A stretch of DNA of 64,000 nt from Haplodiscus bocki (taxonomy: Eukaryota): contig OZ296651.1 of NCBI GenBank assembly GCA_965655095.1, positions 67,332,001 through 67,396,000 of the forward strand, given 5' to 3'. Each line of letters starts with the position of its first letter. Positions within the stretch are counted from its first letter, which is position 1. The notes under the pieces were generated by a model. The model had not been told where the DNA came from, did not search any database, and saw nothing but the letters and a program-made list of their open reading frames with translations. Positions 1 to 11,077 of this stretch are shown in pieces. Made by a program: the position numbers and the translations under genes.

Positions 1-1849
1 CCTGTTTGCCTAATTTTAACTCGCCCCGGTTAAGCTATTACGGACCCATTAATCATGCAATATATTCGAAAGGAAGGAGTTGAAAATTTTCGGCGCAGGG
101 ATGACCAATAACTATATTTTAATATACAATTTTCACAAAATATCTTTTTTGAACAAACTTCAATAAAAGTATCAGCGGGTGGCGGATGTTATCCCTCTAT
201 ATCACACTCAAATTCTTTTTCATTTTCTTCAGGTGCATTGCTTTGGACTGAAGGCTGTCAAGGACTGCAGGCAATCAAATCAACATATAATTTGAATATC
301 ATCGAAAACGGTATGATGGCTTGTACAAAAGTATGATGGCTTGGCAGATTCTCCAGCGGTTGCCCAGATATTCATCATCTTTTGAAAATGTCTTCAAAAT
401 TTTCTCAGTAGAAAAAGATTCGTTCGAAAAAAACCTGTGCCACTAATTTCATTTGAAATACTCTAATTTCACGTTTTATTCAGTTGTTTTTTTTTCGTTT
501 TCCAACATTTATTGATCGTCTGGTTTTGATTAAATTTGTTGATTGTGACATAAAGTCTGGAGTTTGCATTCCAATTCTGTGATATATTTATCTGTACATA
601 TAATGTATACCGCTCTAACACAACAATAAAAATCAAGCACCGCTCAGTGGTCTCAGTAAACAATCTTAGCTAGTGGTTCAGTTATTGTCACACAAAACCC
701 ATTGTAATGCTTCGTGCGACTGTTTTCGATACTTTCGGGGCTCGGAAATGTTGAGCTCCAAACTTCTCAGTTTTTGACTGATGAAGTGTCCCAATAGCAA
801 TCAGCCAGATTGCAATCATGGAATCTCCAACTAAAAGAAAATCTATCAAAAGGGTGGTCTATGTGGGGAAAAAGGATTACTCTCTGTTAATCTCCCTTCA
901 AATGCTCAACTTCGCTTCCTCGAAAAAGATGCATGAAACTATGAGAAGAGAAGTAGTTTAACTCACTCCGTGATGAAATTTAACAAATCAGCGAATAGTT
1001 CACATGCTGGGGGGGGGAATGAGCTTAAACTGTAGTTACTATTATATGGTGGGGACTTTTGTGGTAGAGTGGGGTTTCAAGGCTGAGAAAAAAAGATGCA
1101 AAACGTTTAATTGCTGCAGCAACAGAGCAGCTTTAAGAAGCTCATGATTTCGAAGGCAAACAACAAGATGCCATCCATTCATCCTGCTCCAAAGTTGGCT
1201 TTTCTGAGCTACATGTTCATGGTATCTCCCAAGTCAGTCTCTAAAGCACAACAGACACGTCCATTTGCCCCCTCATGTTGCAAAATAAATCAGCCCATGG
1301 GGAATTCAAGAACAGCCTTTCTCCGCCGGGTGTTGCTTTTTTCATTGATTTACCTGAGCTTGAAACTATTGTCTGTCTGTTTCTAAATGTAACCCAGATT
1401 CTTCGCGCACGGAGAACAAAGTGGTCTTGGCATGTACTCAAAAATGCGAGCTTGATTTTGAGGCAACGACAAAATGGAACTTCTTAGCGAATGCTCTTTG
1501 TGTGTATGGTAAGCCGACTTTGACGGCCACCCTGAAGTTAACGCCAAAAAAGCAAACAAAAAATAGTGCTGAATGATGCCTTGATTTAGCAAAGAAGAGA
1601 AGAAATCAAATCTCACTGACGTTTCTAAGAGCGACTTGATTGCCTGGTACGCTTTTTTGATGGCCAGGTAGCAAAATTTAGAGAAGACTGTTCAGAATCA
1701 TTGCTCCAATTCGATAGCCCACAAACTCGAACAAACTGATGTAACACTTCCATGCGCATCGATAGGCCAATTAAAGAACGTTCAAAAATTTTGCAGTTGT
1801 TGAATCACAGCAACAAATGAGGAAACTTCCCGAATCATTAATAAAAACC

Positions 1850-2540
1850 CCTAGGGTTCGCTTCCTTCATCCCATGGGGCTATTAAAGCAAATTGCATGA
1901 AAAACAAGCCAAGAATGGCCAGAGTCGTCGACGCCCATACGGCTCAAAATACTCAAAGCTTTGATGTTTGACAAAAATTGTACTTTGGCATATTTTTTAG
2001 TATGAAATATAAGCAAACATCACATACGTTGGGATTCTAACCCGCTATCTGTTGATTTGGAAGGTTCACGAAACTATTTGGGACCGAAGTTCTAAATTCT
2101 TTTTTCGCGAACAGGTAGGTTTTTGGTATAGTGTACGGTTTAAAAAGCAAGCAATTTTGGTATAAAATGTGAGAATACATAGCTTATGCAGGGATTCGAA
2201 CCAGCTACCTGCCGATTCGTTAGTTTTTTGGGGGTTATAACCAAAAGTTTCGGACCGAAGGTCCAAAATATTTTTTAAGAGATAGGTTTTTGTATAGTTT
2301 CCGGTAATAATTGTGAAAAAAATACAGCATATACCGTGCTTCGCACTCGCCGCCTGTGGCTTTGGAGCCGTTGTTTCCAGCCCATTGGGCTATAGAAAAT
2401 TTTTAAAAAGTATAGCTTATACAGGGTTTCGAACCAGCAGCTTGTGACCTTTTGTCCTACCCACTGGGCCATATAAAATGAAAACGTTAAATATAGTCTA
2501 TACCGGGATGCGAACACGCACCGGTGTCTTCGGAAATTTT
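1850..2540 (-). repeat. Tandem cluster of degenerate tRNA-like (SINE-head) units
   Basis: About 5 units whose reverse complement carries B-box-like GGTTCGAATCCC variants (e.g. gggattcgaaccag at ~2190, gggtttcgaaccag at ~2424). Some also have A-box-like TAGCCCAATGGG (rc of cccattgggcta, ~2381-2392) and T-runs. Confidence 0.6.
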
Positions 2541-2578
2541 TCGTCCTAAAAATTTTAAAGAATTCTAGTACAATGGTG

Positions 2579-2712
2579 TTTTAAAAGAGTGCGACGCGAC
2601 AAAAGTGTAGACGTCAACTTTGACAAAGCAGAACTTGTAAACTAGCGGAAGTAGACCAAAGTCGTAGAAGCAAACGATTATTGAAATTTTATATAGAATA
2701 CAATGGCTTTTG
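2579..2712 (+). repeat. Dispersed repeat, copy 1 (copy 2 at ~58911-59040)
   Basis: Shared string tttaaaa.agtgcgac..caaaagtg...tgacaaagcaga..gtaaactag.ggaa..agaccaaagtc.tagaa...acaatgg in both places. Confidence 0.75.
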
Positions 2713-2740
2713 TTTGAAATTTCTCTGACCAAAACGATAG

Positions 2741-3084
2741 AAATTTGGGGTCTTTTCCGTTTCTCTCCCCCCCCTCCCCAGCGGATTATTTCCCCCCAGT
2801 CAAAGCTGTAGCTGCTGCTACCAGTGTACATGTATTTATTCACTGAATACGTCTTTCGCGAGTCAGTAGACAGAGCACACAATTCACAAATCTCAAGTAC
2901 CTTCCAAGAAGCTGACTGCTTGCTGAAGCTAGTTAAAATAAACAGGTATTTGCAATAACTTTATTAAGCAGAAACTTGAACCATACTGCTCAGCTGAGCA
3001 TATCAGCTAAGGGGGGGGGGATAATAATTTTGTCAGTGGGGCTGGGGGGGGGGGGGGGGAAGAAACGGAAAAGACCCGAAATTT
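2741..3084. mobile_element. Small foldback/MITE-like element
   Basis: aaatttggggtcttttccgtttct+C-run at 2741 is the near-perfect reverse complement of G-run+aagaaacggaaaagacccgaaattt ending at 3084. Confidence 0.6.
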
Positions 3085-3487
3085 GAATTTGCTTTTTCGA
3101 ATAAGTTTGCAAGTTTTTGGACAATATGGCTAAAATAAATTTTAAGTTTTGGAAAAAAGTAATTTTAAGAGAAGTCTTTGAATAAGCATCTTTTTTTTTG
3201 AGCATCTACAATCATTTGCGAAATTTCTGGTTTAAACTGGAAAATTTACCGACTTTAAGAGGAATCATTTTCTGATGCAATTTCCTCACTGTTTGAAGAG
3301 TTGATTAAAGCAAATAAAAAAGACTTTCGAAAGCTTTTTCACTAAGCTTTCTATCAGTATCTTTGTTTACTCTCAAAGATTGTTATTTGCTTACCTATTC
3401 AACATTTTGCAATTCTATCCAAAAATGCTCGTTTAGAGCACCACTGTATACGCAAAGGGCGTGCCACAAACTTTTTTTTGGACAATC

Positions 3488-3563
3488 TGGAAGCAATGGT
3501 ACAATTTGGAAGCAATGGTACAAGTTGAAAGCAATGGTACAGTTTGGAAGCAATGGTACAATT
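3488..3563 (+). repeat. 19-bp minisatellite, 4 copies (TGGAAGCAATGGTACAATT)
   Basis: Units start at 3488, 3507, 3526 and 3545. Confidence 0.9.
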
Positions 3564-4129
3564 CGTATCATCAAGACCGTCCATTTGACCAATTTCAAGG
3601 AGCTATGGAAAGTGGAAATTGACCTCAGAACAAAAGTGGCTGCCTTTTTAAGGTCAATGGCAACTGCGTATCTGGGAAAACGGTTTAATGGGGGTTACAT
3701 TACATTACTTGTCGAGGGTTTATTGATCTCAATTCAATTTTGTAACAAGATTATAACAGGATGGATGACATATTCATCAGGAGCAATCCTTTGATTTTCT
3801 TTAATCCTGTAAAATGCGACATCCTCGTGAATACTGCCGAAATTTTTTCTAATCGGCCATTTGGGTCCACTGCTGCTTTGGCACAAAATCGAAAATGAAT
3901 TTTGAAAATTTTCCAGTTTAGAGTTGAACTATGGGTCCAACAGGGAAACTTTCCATGTTATCCGCTTCAGCTTCATCCAAACTCACGAACCTAATTCAAC
4001 AAAAAATTCCTTATTCCGCAATGAACGGCACTTTGACAACGACAGATTAGTAAGAATACAAATCACGGTAAAAAATGTTTCGAGAAAAGTTTCGTTCTTT
4101 GCTGGTGATTCATCCTACATAGAACAAAA

Positions 4130-6150
4130 ATGATTCATCTTGACCGAAAGTGATTAACAAATCAGGGACTGTTCAATTTGACAACCATCTACAATATCGA
4201 CAACATTAAAACTGTCAATTAAAACCTTGATGGAAAAATTCAAAGAGTTTGAATATCTAGATATGTCTTTACTTAAAGCACTTTTTGCCAATTTCTGATT
4301 TCGGCTGAAAATTCGGATTTCATTGTAGGAAAAAATTCATGATTTAAAAAGCTGAATAGTCTTCCTTAACCATAACTGTTGGTGGCGACCTTGATGGCAA
4401 ATATGAAGCAGGTGGTGTTGAAGAAACATGAGGTTGAAGTTCCAGATATGTCAAAACTAGTAGCACTTTCTGGCAAATCTGATCTCTATGATTCCACTTC
4501 AAGGAACAAAATCAGTGATTTTCCAATCGCAGAGGTCACCACAAGAAGAAAACAGTCGATATAAGACATTGATGGAACATATCAAAAGTTATGGAGACAT
4601 GATTTCGCAAGTCGTGATATGTCAAAATTAAAGGCCTTTTCTGTATCTTTTAAACCATCAGGATTCTGACGCAAGTGACAGAACCGGTAGCTTTTAAGTG
4701 GAATGCTATCTTCGATAACGAAAACGCTTTCGATCGTGACCTTCGTGAAATAAACCAAGGCTATAGTGATGGAAAAATATGAGTTTGGTAATCGACATGT
4801 TTCAGTTTTAGAAGCGTTTATTGGCATTTTCGGACAATCAAGATCCAGAAAGACACAAATTCTTTTCTTATTTAATCGAAGAGTCCTCATGAAAAAGAAA
4901 GTTGTTGGCTGAGATCTCCATGGCACAAATAAAGGTAGATGTTTTCGAGGATTGGGAGTTTGAGTATCTATAGCTATCAGTTTTAAAAACAATTTGTTGC
5001 CAGTTTCGAAGAATCCGCATTCTGAAGCAACAAATACAATCAAAAGAATAAAAATCTATTAGTCCTATTCCTTGGAATGGTGTCTATGGAGACCTTGACG
5101 GAAGAACCGAACCAAAAACTGTTGCAGAAATATGAGTCGATATATCAATTTTACGTCGAGAATAAGAGCACCTCTTCAAATTTTCTGTCTGTTACGATTA
5201 GCACGCAAAAAACAAAGAGGATGACATTTTCATTACATACTCCGGGACATGTTGAAATCCTTCTGTTGGAAACTTGATGAAGGAAATCAAACCTAGAGTA
5301 ATTGATAATAATGATTTTGAAATTTGGGTACGTCAATTTTTATTGACATTTTTTGGCAACTTCGAACAGCCCTTGTAAAGTAGAAATGGTCGGTTGAGCC
5401 TGAAACGGAAAAATCAAGCTGAGTGTATTGCACATATTTGAGCTTCAATGTCATTATCAATGAGCTTTTTTCAAATTTCCAGACTAAAAGGATTGAGACA
5501 GGAGGAGAAAACGGTTATTTTTTCAAGGACTAGCCCAATTCAAGTAAAATGCTGCCGATTGATACGTTGATGGAAAATATCAAGTTTGTAGTTCTGGCGA
5601 AAAGTGATTCTGAAAATCGAGATTCAAAATTATGGGCCTCTGTTGGGTTCAAACGCCTGAATAAGATGGATTTTTTTTAAAGCAGAAAATCCATTGAAAG
5701 TAAAAAAATTCCTCCAAGACCTTCGAGGATGAAATCAAGCTTGTTGTTACGGACATGTTCGAGTGTGAAAGGTGCGTTATGACAGCACTAATGACATTTT
5801 TCGACATTTGCCGTCCATCAAAAATCTAATGCAAGAAACTAAACTTCGATTTGTTAATAAAACAGGCTTCCACAAGTAGAAAGCTGTCAATTGAGAGCTC
5901 TATGGAAAAAATTAAGCCTGCAGTGAAGGAGAAACATGAGTTTGAAAAGCGGAAAATGTGGAAGATATTGGCGTTTCTAGGGACAAGCAAGATTTAGATG
6001 CAGTGACCAAAACCAATGAGTTTTCAATCAAATGATGTTTCTCAAGTAGGAAGCTGTCCATTGAGGCCTAGATGGAAGAAGTTAAGCATGCAGATTTGGA
6101 GACAATTGAGTTTGAACATCAACAAAAATCGATTCTAATATCTCTTTTTG
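4130..6150 (+). repeat. Diverged ~177-bp tandem array, about 11 units
   Basis: Recurrent gaccttgatggaa.aaatcaa.cctgtagt...gaga.a.atgagtttgaa variants near 4224, 4388, 4565, 4738, 4912, 5091, 5270, 5563, 5718, 5895 and 6065, mostly 165-180 bp apart. Confidence 0.7.
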
Positions 6151-6379
6151 GTATTTTCTCAATGTGGGGATCACAGAACTACACATTCCAGATGAATTCT
6201 TTGCTTTGTGTTAATTTTTGGCCTCAGAGAAATAGGATAACGAAGAAATAGAAAAATGTTCAAGTAATAACTTTTATGATATTTGTTTTCCACATGGTGA
6301 TAAATGTTTTTGCAATTTTAGAATAAATATATGGAAGGATCGACTTGATTCAGTTGCCACGGAAAATCCATGATTTTTG

Positions 6380-6715
6380 AGAAAAAGAAAAGCCTATTTA
6401 TCAAAAGGTTTTCTAATTTTGATCGTAGAAACTGTTTTTTTTGCAATTAAAAAATGAGAATGTTTTGACGAATATCTGAAAACATGTAAAAGATATGACT
6501 GATAGAGGGATTCGAGCCCATTACCTGTGGGCTACCTAACCTCGGTGGTGCCTCACAATTGTATTATTTAAGCGACCAACAATTTTGCTCTGCAAGAAGC
6601 GAAGTCTGTCATGCACACGTCATGAGAAATTTCAGGAAAAGGAAAAAAGAACTCCAGTACTGAATCAAATGTTTTCCCATTCGAAAACTTTTTTCGACAG
6701 AAAATATTTATTGAA
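6380..6715 (+). repeat. Array-tail module with antisense tRNA-like 3' half, copy 1 of 3
   Basis: ggggattcgagcccattacctgtgggctacctaacc...ctctgca...cgtcatg...ttcagg.aa...tactgaat; also at ~45900-46200 and ~48170-48460. Confidence 0.75.
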
Positions 6716-7530
6716 ACGGAAGTCTCAGTATACGAGAACGTCCTTTGAATTCAATTTCCATTAATGTTTCAAATGAATTTCTAAAAATTATGTTTTCCCA
6801 TCATTAAGATATATATTCTTTTCGGTAGCAATGTTATTTGTTAGGTCTCAATTTCAAACAATCGCACTTCATTTTGACTCACTTAGGCGTGTGTGTACTG
6901 TAAATGAGTAATATACATGAGCATTGTAAAGCAATTTATCGAGATTTTTTCTTGGCCCACATTTTCATGAAAAATTTCATTAAACATTGACCTTCAAATC
7001 GATAACATTTTCTCAGCAAAAGTTTATTTGATGAAAAATTCTTGGAATTATGGAAGGTATTGTCAATTATAGTTCATTACGAGGTTATTCCAACAGATTT
7101 ATACAACTAGAAGATAAAACGAGGGGGGTGTAACCCCTTTAATCGCATTGAGTCACGAGATACAACTTCTTTTGGGGTATTTAACTACTAATGAATTACT
7201 GCGTAAGACGCGGCGGCTACCTGAAAATTCTGCCGTGAAGCGTCAAAGCACTCCCAGCAAAAGTTAACTACATTTACAAAGTTTCTCACCTATTTTTCAC
7301 ATACTTCGAAGACAACAATCGAAGCCAAGATTTCCAACAAAGCCATCTGTGTTCCGCGGGAAGTTTCGTGTGGTTGGTGCCCACCAATTTTTAATTTTCT
7401 TTTTGCGAGAAGTTTCTCAACATACTCGGAGGTTTCAGATAATCAGCAAAATTATCAAGATTCGAAAAAGCAACAACATCTGAGAGGTTGTTTACGATGA
7501 CACGGAATAACAGTAGAATAGCAAGGGGGT

Positions 7531-7660
7531 TTAGAGCCACTTATGACTCTTTCCATATAAGGGCGTGCCGTTAGAGCTACTTATTGCTCCTCAATCTTAA
7601 TACGTTACCAACTCCTAGTTTAAGTTTAACTTCATGACAGCTCCAACAGTTTATCTAGTT
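7531..7660 (+). repeat. Left terminal inverted repeat of the Polinton-like element
   Basis: ttagagccacttatgactctttccatataagggcgtgccgttagagctacttattgctcctcaatcttaatacgttaccaactcctagttt...tatctagtt matches the reverse complement of 18123-18246. Confidence 0.93.
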
Positions 7661-8141
7661 TAACCCTGCGACAACTATGACAGTTGTTTGAACAAAAACA
7701 AACTCAAGTACGATTGGCATATTTTGAACGATGTCAAAGAGTTAAAAGTTTAACTTCTGTTAAATATGCAAAACTAACCTGAAAAATTTGATCCATACCA
7801 AGTTTACATTTGATATTTTCCAATGATCATAAACCAAGGGAAGCGCAAAGAATGAAAAATAATTGTTAATTTCAACTGTGAGGAGTCGAAAAAATCGACT
7901 TCCCACAGAAGAGACCAAATTGATGTTAAACCAGATCGCAGTTAGCACAGTCCAACAACCAAAGTACGTTGTTCTCGGATGACCACCAAAACAACGAGAA
8001 TGGCAATGGAACTGTGCTAGCAACAAAGTCAATTGATTTTGGAAAAAACCATAGAATGGAAAATTCAAAATTGCATAACCTGACAGGTCAACTGATAAGA
8101 GATGAGTGAAATCACTGACCATTCTACTGTGAAAATTCGCG

Positions 8142-9017
8142 ATGACAAGTGTGCTGAGAGAAGTTCCATCACAATTCCATTACTTGGTTTCCTCATCTAC
8201 TGAAGAAGGCGAATGGGAAGAGCACGAAGAGCCTCCTTTGAAAATAGTTAAGTATGCGAATGAGTTTCTGCAACCAAAACTGCCCAAAAGTTTTTGTTGC
8301 TTCCTAAAAACCCTGTTAAGCAGCACACATTGTGAATACAACATACGATGCCACAACACAGGAAATGTTTCTGAAACAGAAGATGTTTGTTGGAACTTTA
8401 CTGGAGAGCATTACCACATTTTCATCTACTTGAAAGCTTTCGTGGGAGCCGCAATCTTCATGAAGGAAAGCATCAGTGAAAATATCACAAGAGAAAAACC
8501 ACCTGTGAAAATTCGAAACACATTTGTCACGTTGTTTACAGTATCATATCCGGAGAACTGTTTAAAGAGAGAGGCAAAATATGGAGGCAACCAACTCTTC
8601 ATACATGGCGAGAGAATGAAATCGATGTTGCAAACTAAATCAACAAATGACTTGGGATGCAAACTTGAAAACGTGTGCGAATTACAGCGATCCTGTTACA
8701 CTGAGTTTGATGAGAATGAAGACGCCGAGAAAGTGTTTCATCTGCGCAGAAAATTGGCGGAGCTGCAGAATTCTAACGCAATTTTCAAAGATTGTGTGAT
8801 TGATTTTATCAATTTGCTTCAACGTGGTCTCGGGAACATCAACATTGCTCACCATAATAACGTTCTCAAAGTGCATCTTGGCTGTTCCAATGCCCAGTGC
8901 CAATGTTTTGAATGCACTGAAGCTTCACACACTGTTCTCGAGGGAATTGAGGGAAAAGATTTCAAATTTGATCCTAAATTGTTTTCTTTCATAGATGAGA
9001 ATGCTCAAAATGTGTAA
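8142..9017 (+). CDS. Intact 291-aa element ORF with HUH-like motif and C-terminal Cys cluster; function unproven
   Basis: Longest open frame in the window. Contains FTGEHYHIFIYL (H-u-H-u-u-u), downstream YPENCLKREAKY and C-terminal CSNAQCQCFEC. Confidence 0.6.
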   Translation: MTSVLREVPSQFHYLVSSSTEEGEWEEHEEPPLKIVKYANEFLQPKLPKSFCCFLKTLLSSTHCEYNIRCHNTGNVSETEDVCWNFTGEHYHIFIYLKAFVGAAIFMKESISENITREKPPVKIRNTFVTLFTVSYPENCLKREAKYGGNQLFIHGERMKSMLQTKSTNDLGCKLENVCELQRSCYTEFDENEDAEKVFHLRRKLAELQNSNAIFKDCVIDFINLLQRGLGNINIAHHNNVLKVHLGCSNAQCQCFECTEASHTVLEGIEGKDFKFDPKLFSFIDENAQNV

Positions 9018-9078
9018 CCAAGTAATTATAAATTGAAAACTAGACAAAAACAGTTGGTTTTCCGGATACGCGGTGATC

Positions 9079-9717
9079 ATGCGAAAAATAGTTGATGTAC
9101 AACAACTGAAAGACAATTTCAACCTAGTAGATTATCTTTTTCCGAAAAGTCCGAAAAATAAAAACGCTGTGCTGGCAGTTTGCTACTGTCCAGATAAAAA
9201 CGTAAACCTACATGATATAAGCGAATTCGCTCCCTATGCCGGGCTAATAGGTCCCGGCAAAAACTACACGGATCGTTCCTTGAGTTATTTTGAACTTTTC
9301 CGTATGCATGTGGTGTTTCACGACGCGTTTATATTCATGAAGAGTAATTTCGATTCAGGTTCGGGTTATGTTCACGCTGTTACAGAAAAACCGTTTTTTG
9401 TGAATAACATGCTGCTTGGAAATTTATCTAATTTAGCGTACTGGCTTTATCTGAAGTTGTTCCACGGAACACTTTACGAGCAGTTTGCATTCAAATCATT
9501 ACAAAAATTGGCGAGCTCGATGTCAGTTGCACTGGAGTTGCCTGCGTTTACCATGTCGCTACCTTTTTCCCAGAAAGTCTCGCTGAAGGCTTCTCTTTCA
9601 ACGCAAGATCCCAAAATTTTGATCGAGCGAAAAACCAATGGAATACAGTCGAATATTCGGCTGAGCTTAACTGAGCTAGCAAGACTAAACCAAACAATTC
9701 AAATCATATGCAACTAA
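9079..9717 (+). CDS. PLA2-like (parvovirus/adintovirus PLA2X-type) protein, possibly read through into a second small ORF
   Basis: PYAGLIGPGKNY...RMHVVFHDAF resembles the GPG calcium loop and HD dyad of viral PLA2. Adintoviruses are known to encode PLA2-like proteins. Confidence 0.5.
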   Translation: MRKIVDVQQLKDNFNLVDYLFPKSPKNKNAVLAVCYCPDKNVNLHDISEFAPYAGLIGPGKNYTDRSLSYFELFRMHVVFHDAFIFMKSNFDSGSGYVHAVTEKPFFVNNMLLGNLSNLAYWLYLKLFHGTLYEQFAFKSLQKLASSMSVALELPAFTMSLPFSQKVSLKASLSTQDPKILIERKTNGIQSNIRLSLTELARLNQTIQIICN

Positions 9718-9995
9718 TTAGCATTCACGAACCACTTATCACAAACGAAAGAAAAAACACTACGAGCTTGGCATCCCAAGTGACTGAGGAATCAACAATC
9801 AAGCCTGCAGCCGTAGATTTGGCAGATCACGTAAACTTGAATGATTTCATCTTCGATGCTAATGAAACAGAAAGACCTCCATTTCAGTTCAATTGCGGCT
9901 GCTGTTCGGACAAAATTGAATGTAACCGTTCCTTTACAGTACTTTTCTTTTATTATTTCATCACTGGTGCGATTGTATTCTTCTCCATTGCCTAG
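9708..9995 (+). CDS. Small element ORF with Cys cluster and C-terminal hydrophobic (TM-like) segment
   Basis: CGCCSDKIEC followed by FTVLFFYYFITGAIVFFSIA; overlaps the upstream stop in compact viral fashion. Confidence 0.35.
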   Translation: MQLISIHEPLITNERKNTTSLASQVTEESTIKPAAVDLADHVNLNDFIFDANETERPPFQFNCGCCSDKIECNRSFTVLFFYYFITGAIVFFSIA

Positions 9996-10084
9996 CCAGC
10001 TTTCGCTGAGAACAGTTCTATGCAAACTGGGATTATCGCCGTTTTGTCAACGTGCATCGGTTACTTGGTACCAAAAAGAAAACA

Positions 10085-10724
10085 ATGAATAAGCGCATTC
10101 GCACTAACCCCCATTACTGCAGTTCCTTTATAGGACCGTGCGGGAGCGGCAAAACGCAATTAGTATCGTTTATGTTGGAGAACGAAATAAAAATTTTTCA
10201 ACTATGTTTCGATAAAATTGTTTACCTACAAAATCATTACCAGAAGCAATTCGAAACCCTCTTGGTCACCTGTCTCCGTGAAAAGCATTCCATCGAGTTT
10301 CATCAGGGCCTTGTTTGGTCAGCAGTTGAAAAATGGGATGCTCGAAAACTGAGAACACTTGTGTTAATTGACGATTTGTACCGACAGCTCTGCGAAGATG
10401 ATTACTTTCTAAACTTGGTAATTGTGGGAAGACATCGAAAAATTCATTTCATTGCACTGAAGCACAATCTTTCCTCAACAACCAAAGACAATCGAAATGA
10501 GTGTTACACAGATGATTTTGTTCACGAGCCCCCGTGACGTGGAAGATAGGTTTGCTCGGCCGACAGATGGGAGATGGACAACTACTAATCGACGCATATA
10601 AAAAAGCAACACAGCCCCTCTCGGTCATTTGATCGTTGACTTTGATTCGCACACGGATGCTGAAATAAAATTCTGCTCCAACTGCTCAGGAACTGGACCA
10701 GCAGTTTTCTTTGTGTCCAAGTAA
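10085..10724 (+). pseudogene. A32/FtsK-like packaging ATPase of the Polinton, frameshifted
   Basis: Walker A IGPCGSGKT, FDKIVY, Walker B LVLIDDL and arginine finger GRHRKI. After a frameshift: ILFTSPRD...IDAYKKAT...HLIVDF. Confidence 0.9.
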
Positions 10725-10744
10725 TACCAGGAAAAACTTGACCA

Positions 10745-11077
10745 ATGAGTCAACAAGAGCTGTATTTGTTTGAATTTTGGGTGAACATAAAACCAATCGT
10801 TAGGCGTTTAAAAAAGTTTTTTTGTTCAAAATGAAAATTAAAAATTTTTCTGTAACTGTCTTTTCGACAGTGTCAGTGGGCATATTGCAACGGCTGGGGA
10901 TGTTTCCAAGTAAGAATTCGAAAGGCACAGAAGACTGATAGAACTTTTATGGAACAGGAAAGTGGGATTAATGCGAAGCGACAAATTTTGTCAGCTAGCC
11001 ATGAATGGAAACTGCTCGCTTTGATACAACCTTCGATTTCACGTCACTTAGAAATACGCCATGGCATCGAGCAGTAG
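10745..11077 (+). pseudogene. Small Polinton ORF remnant downstream of the ATPase
   Basis: Broken frame giving FCNCLFDSVSGHI...KRQILSA...LLALIQPSI; position and pattern resemble small Polinton accessory genes. Confidence 0.4.

Noticed and set aside
840-1800. Possible DNA transposase remnant
   Set aside because: No diagnostic DDE or hAT motifs could be read with confidence.
3488-3563. Possible CRISPR-like repeat
   Set aside because: Contiguous 19-bp units without spacers, eukaryotic context, no cas genes.
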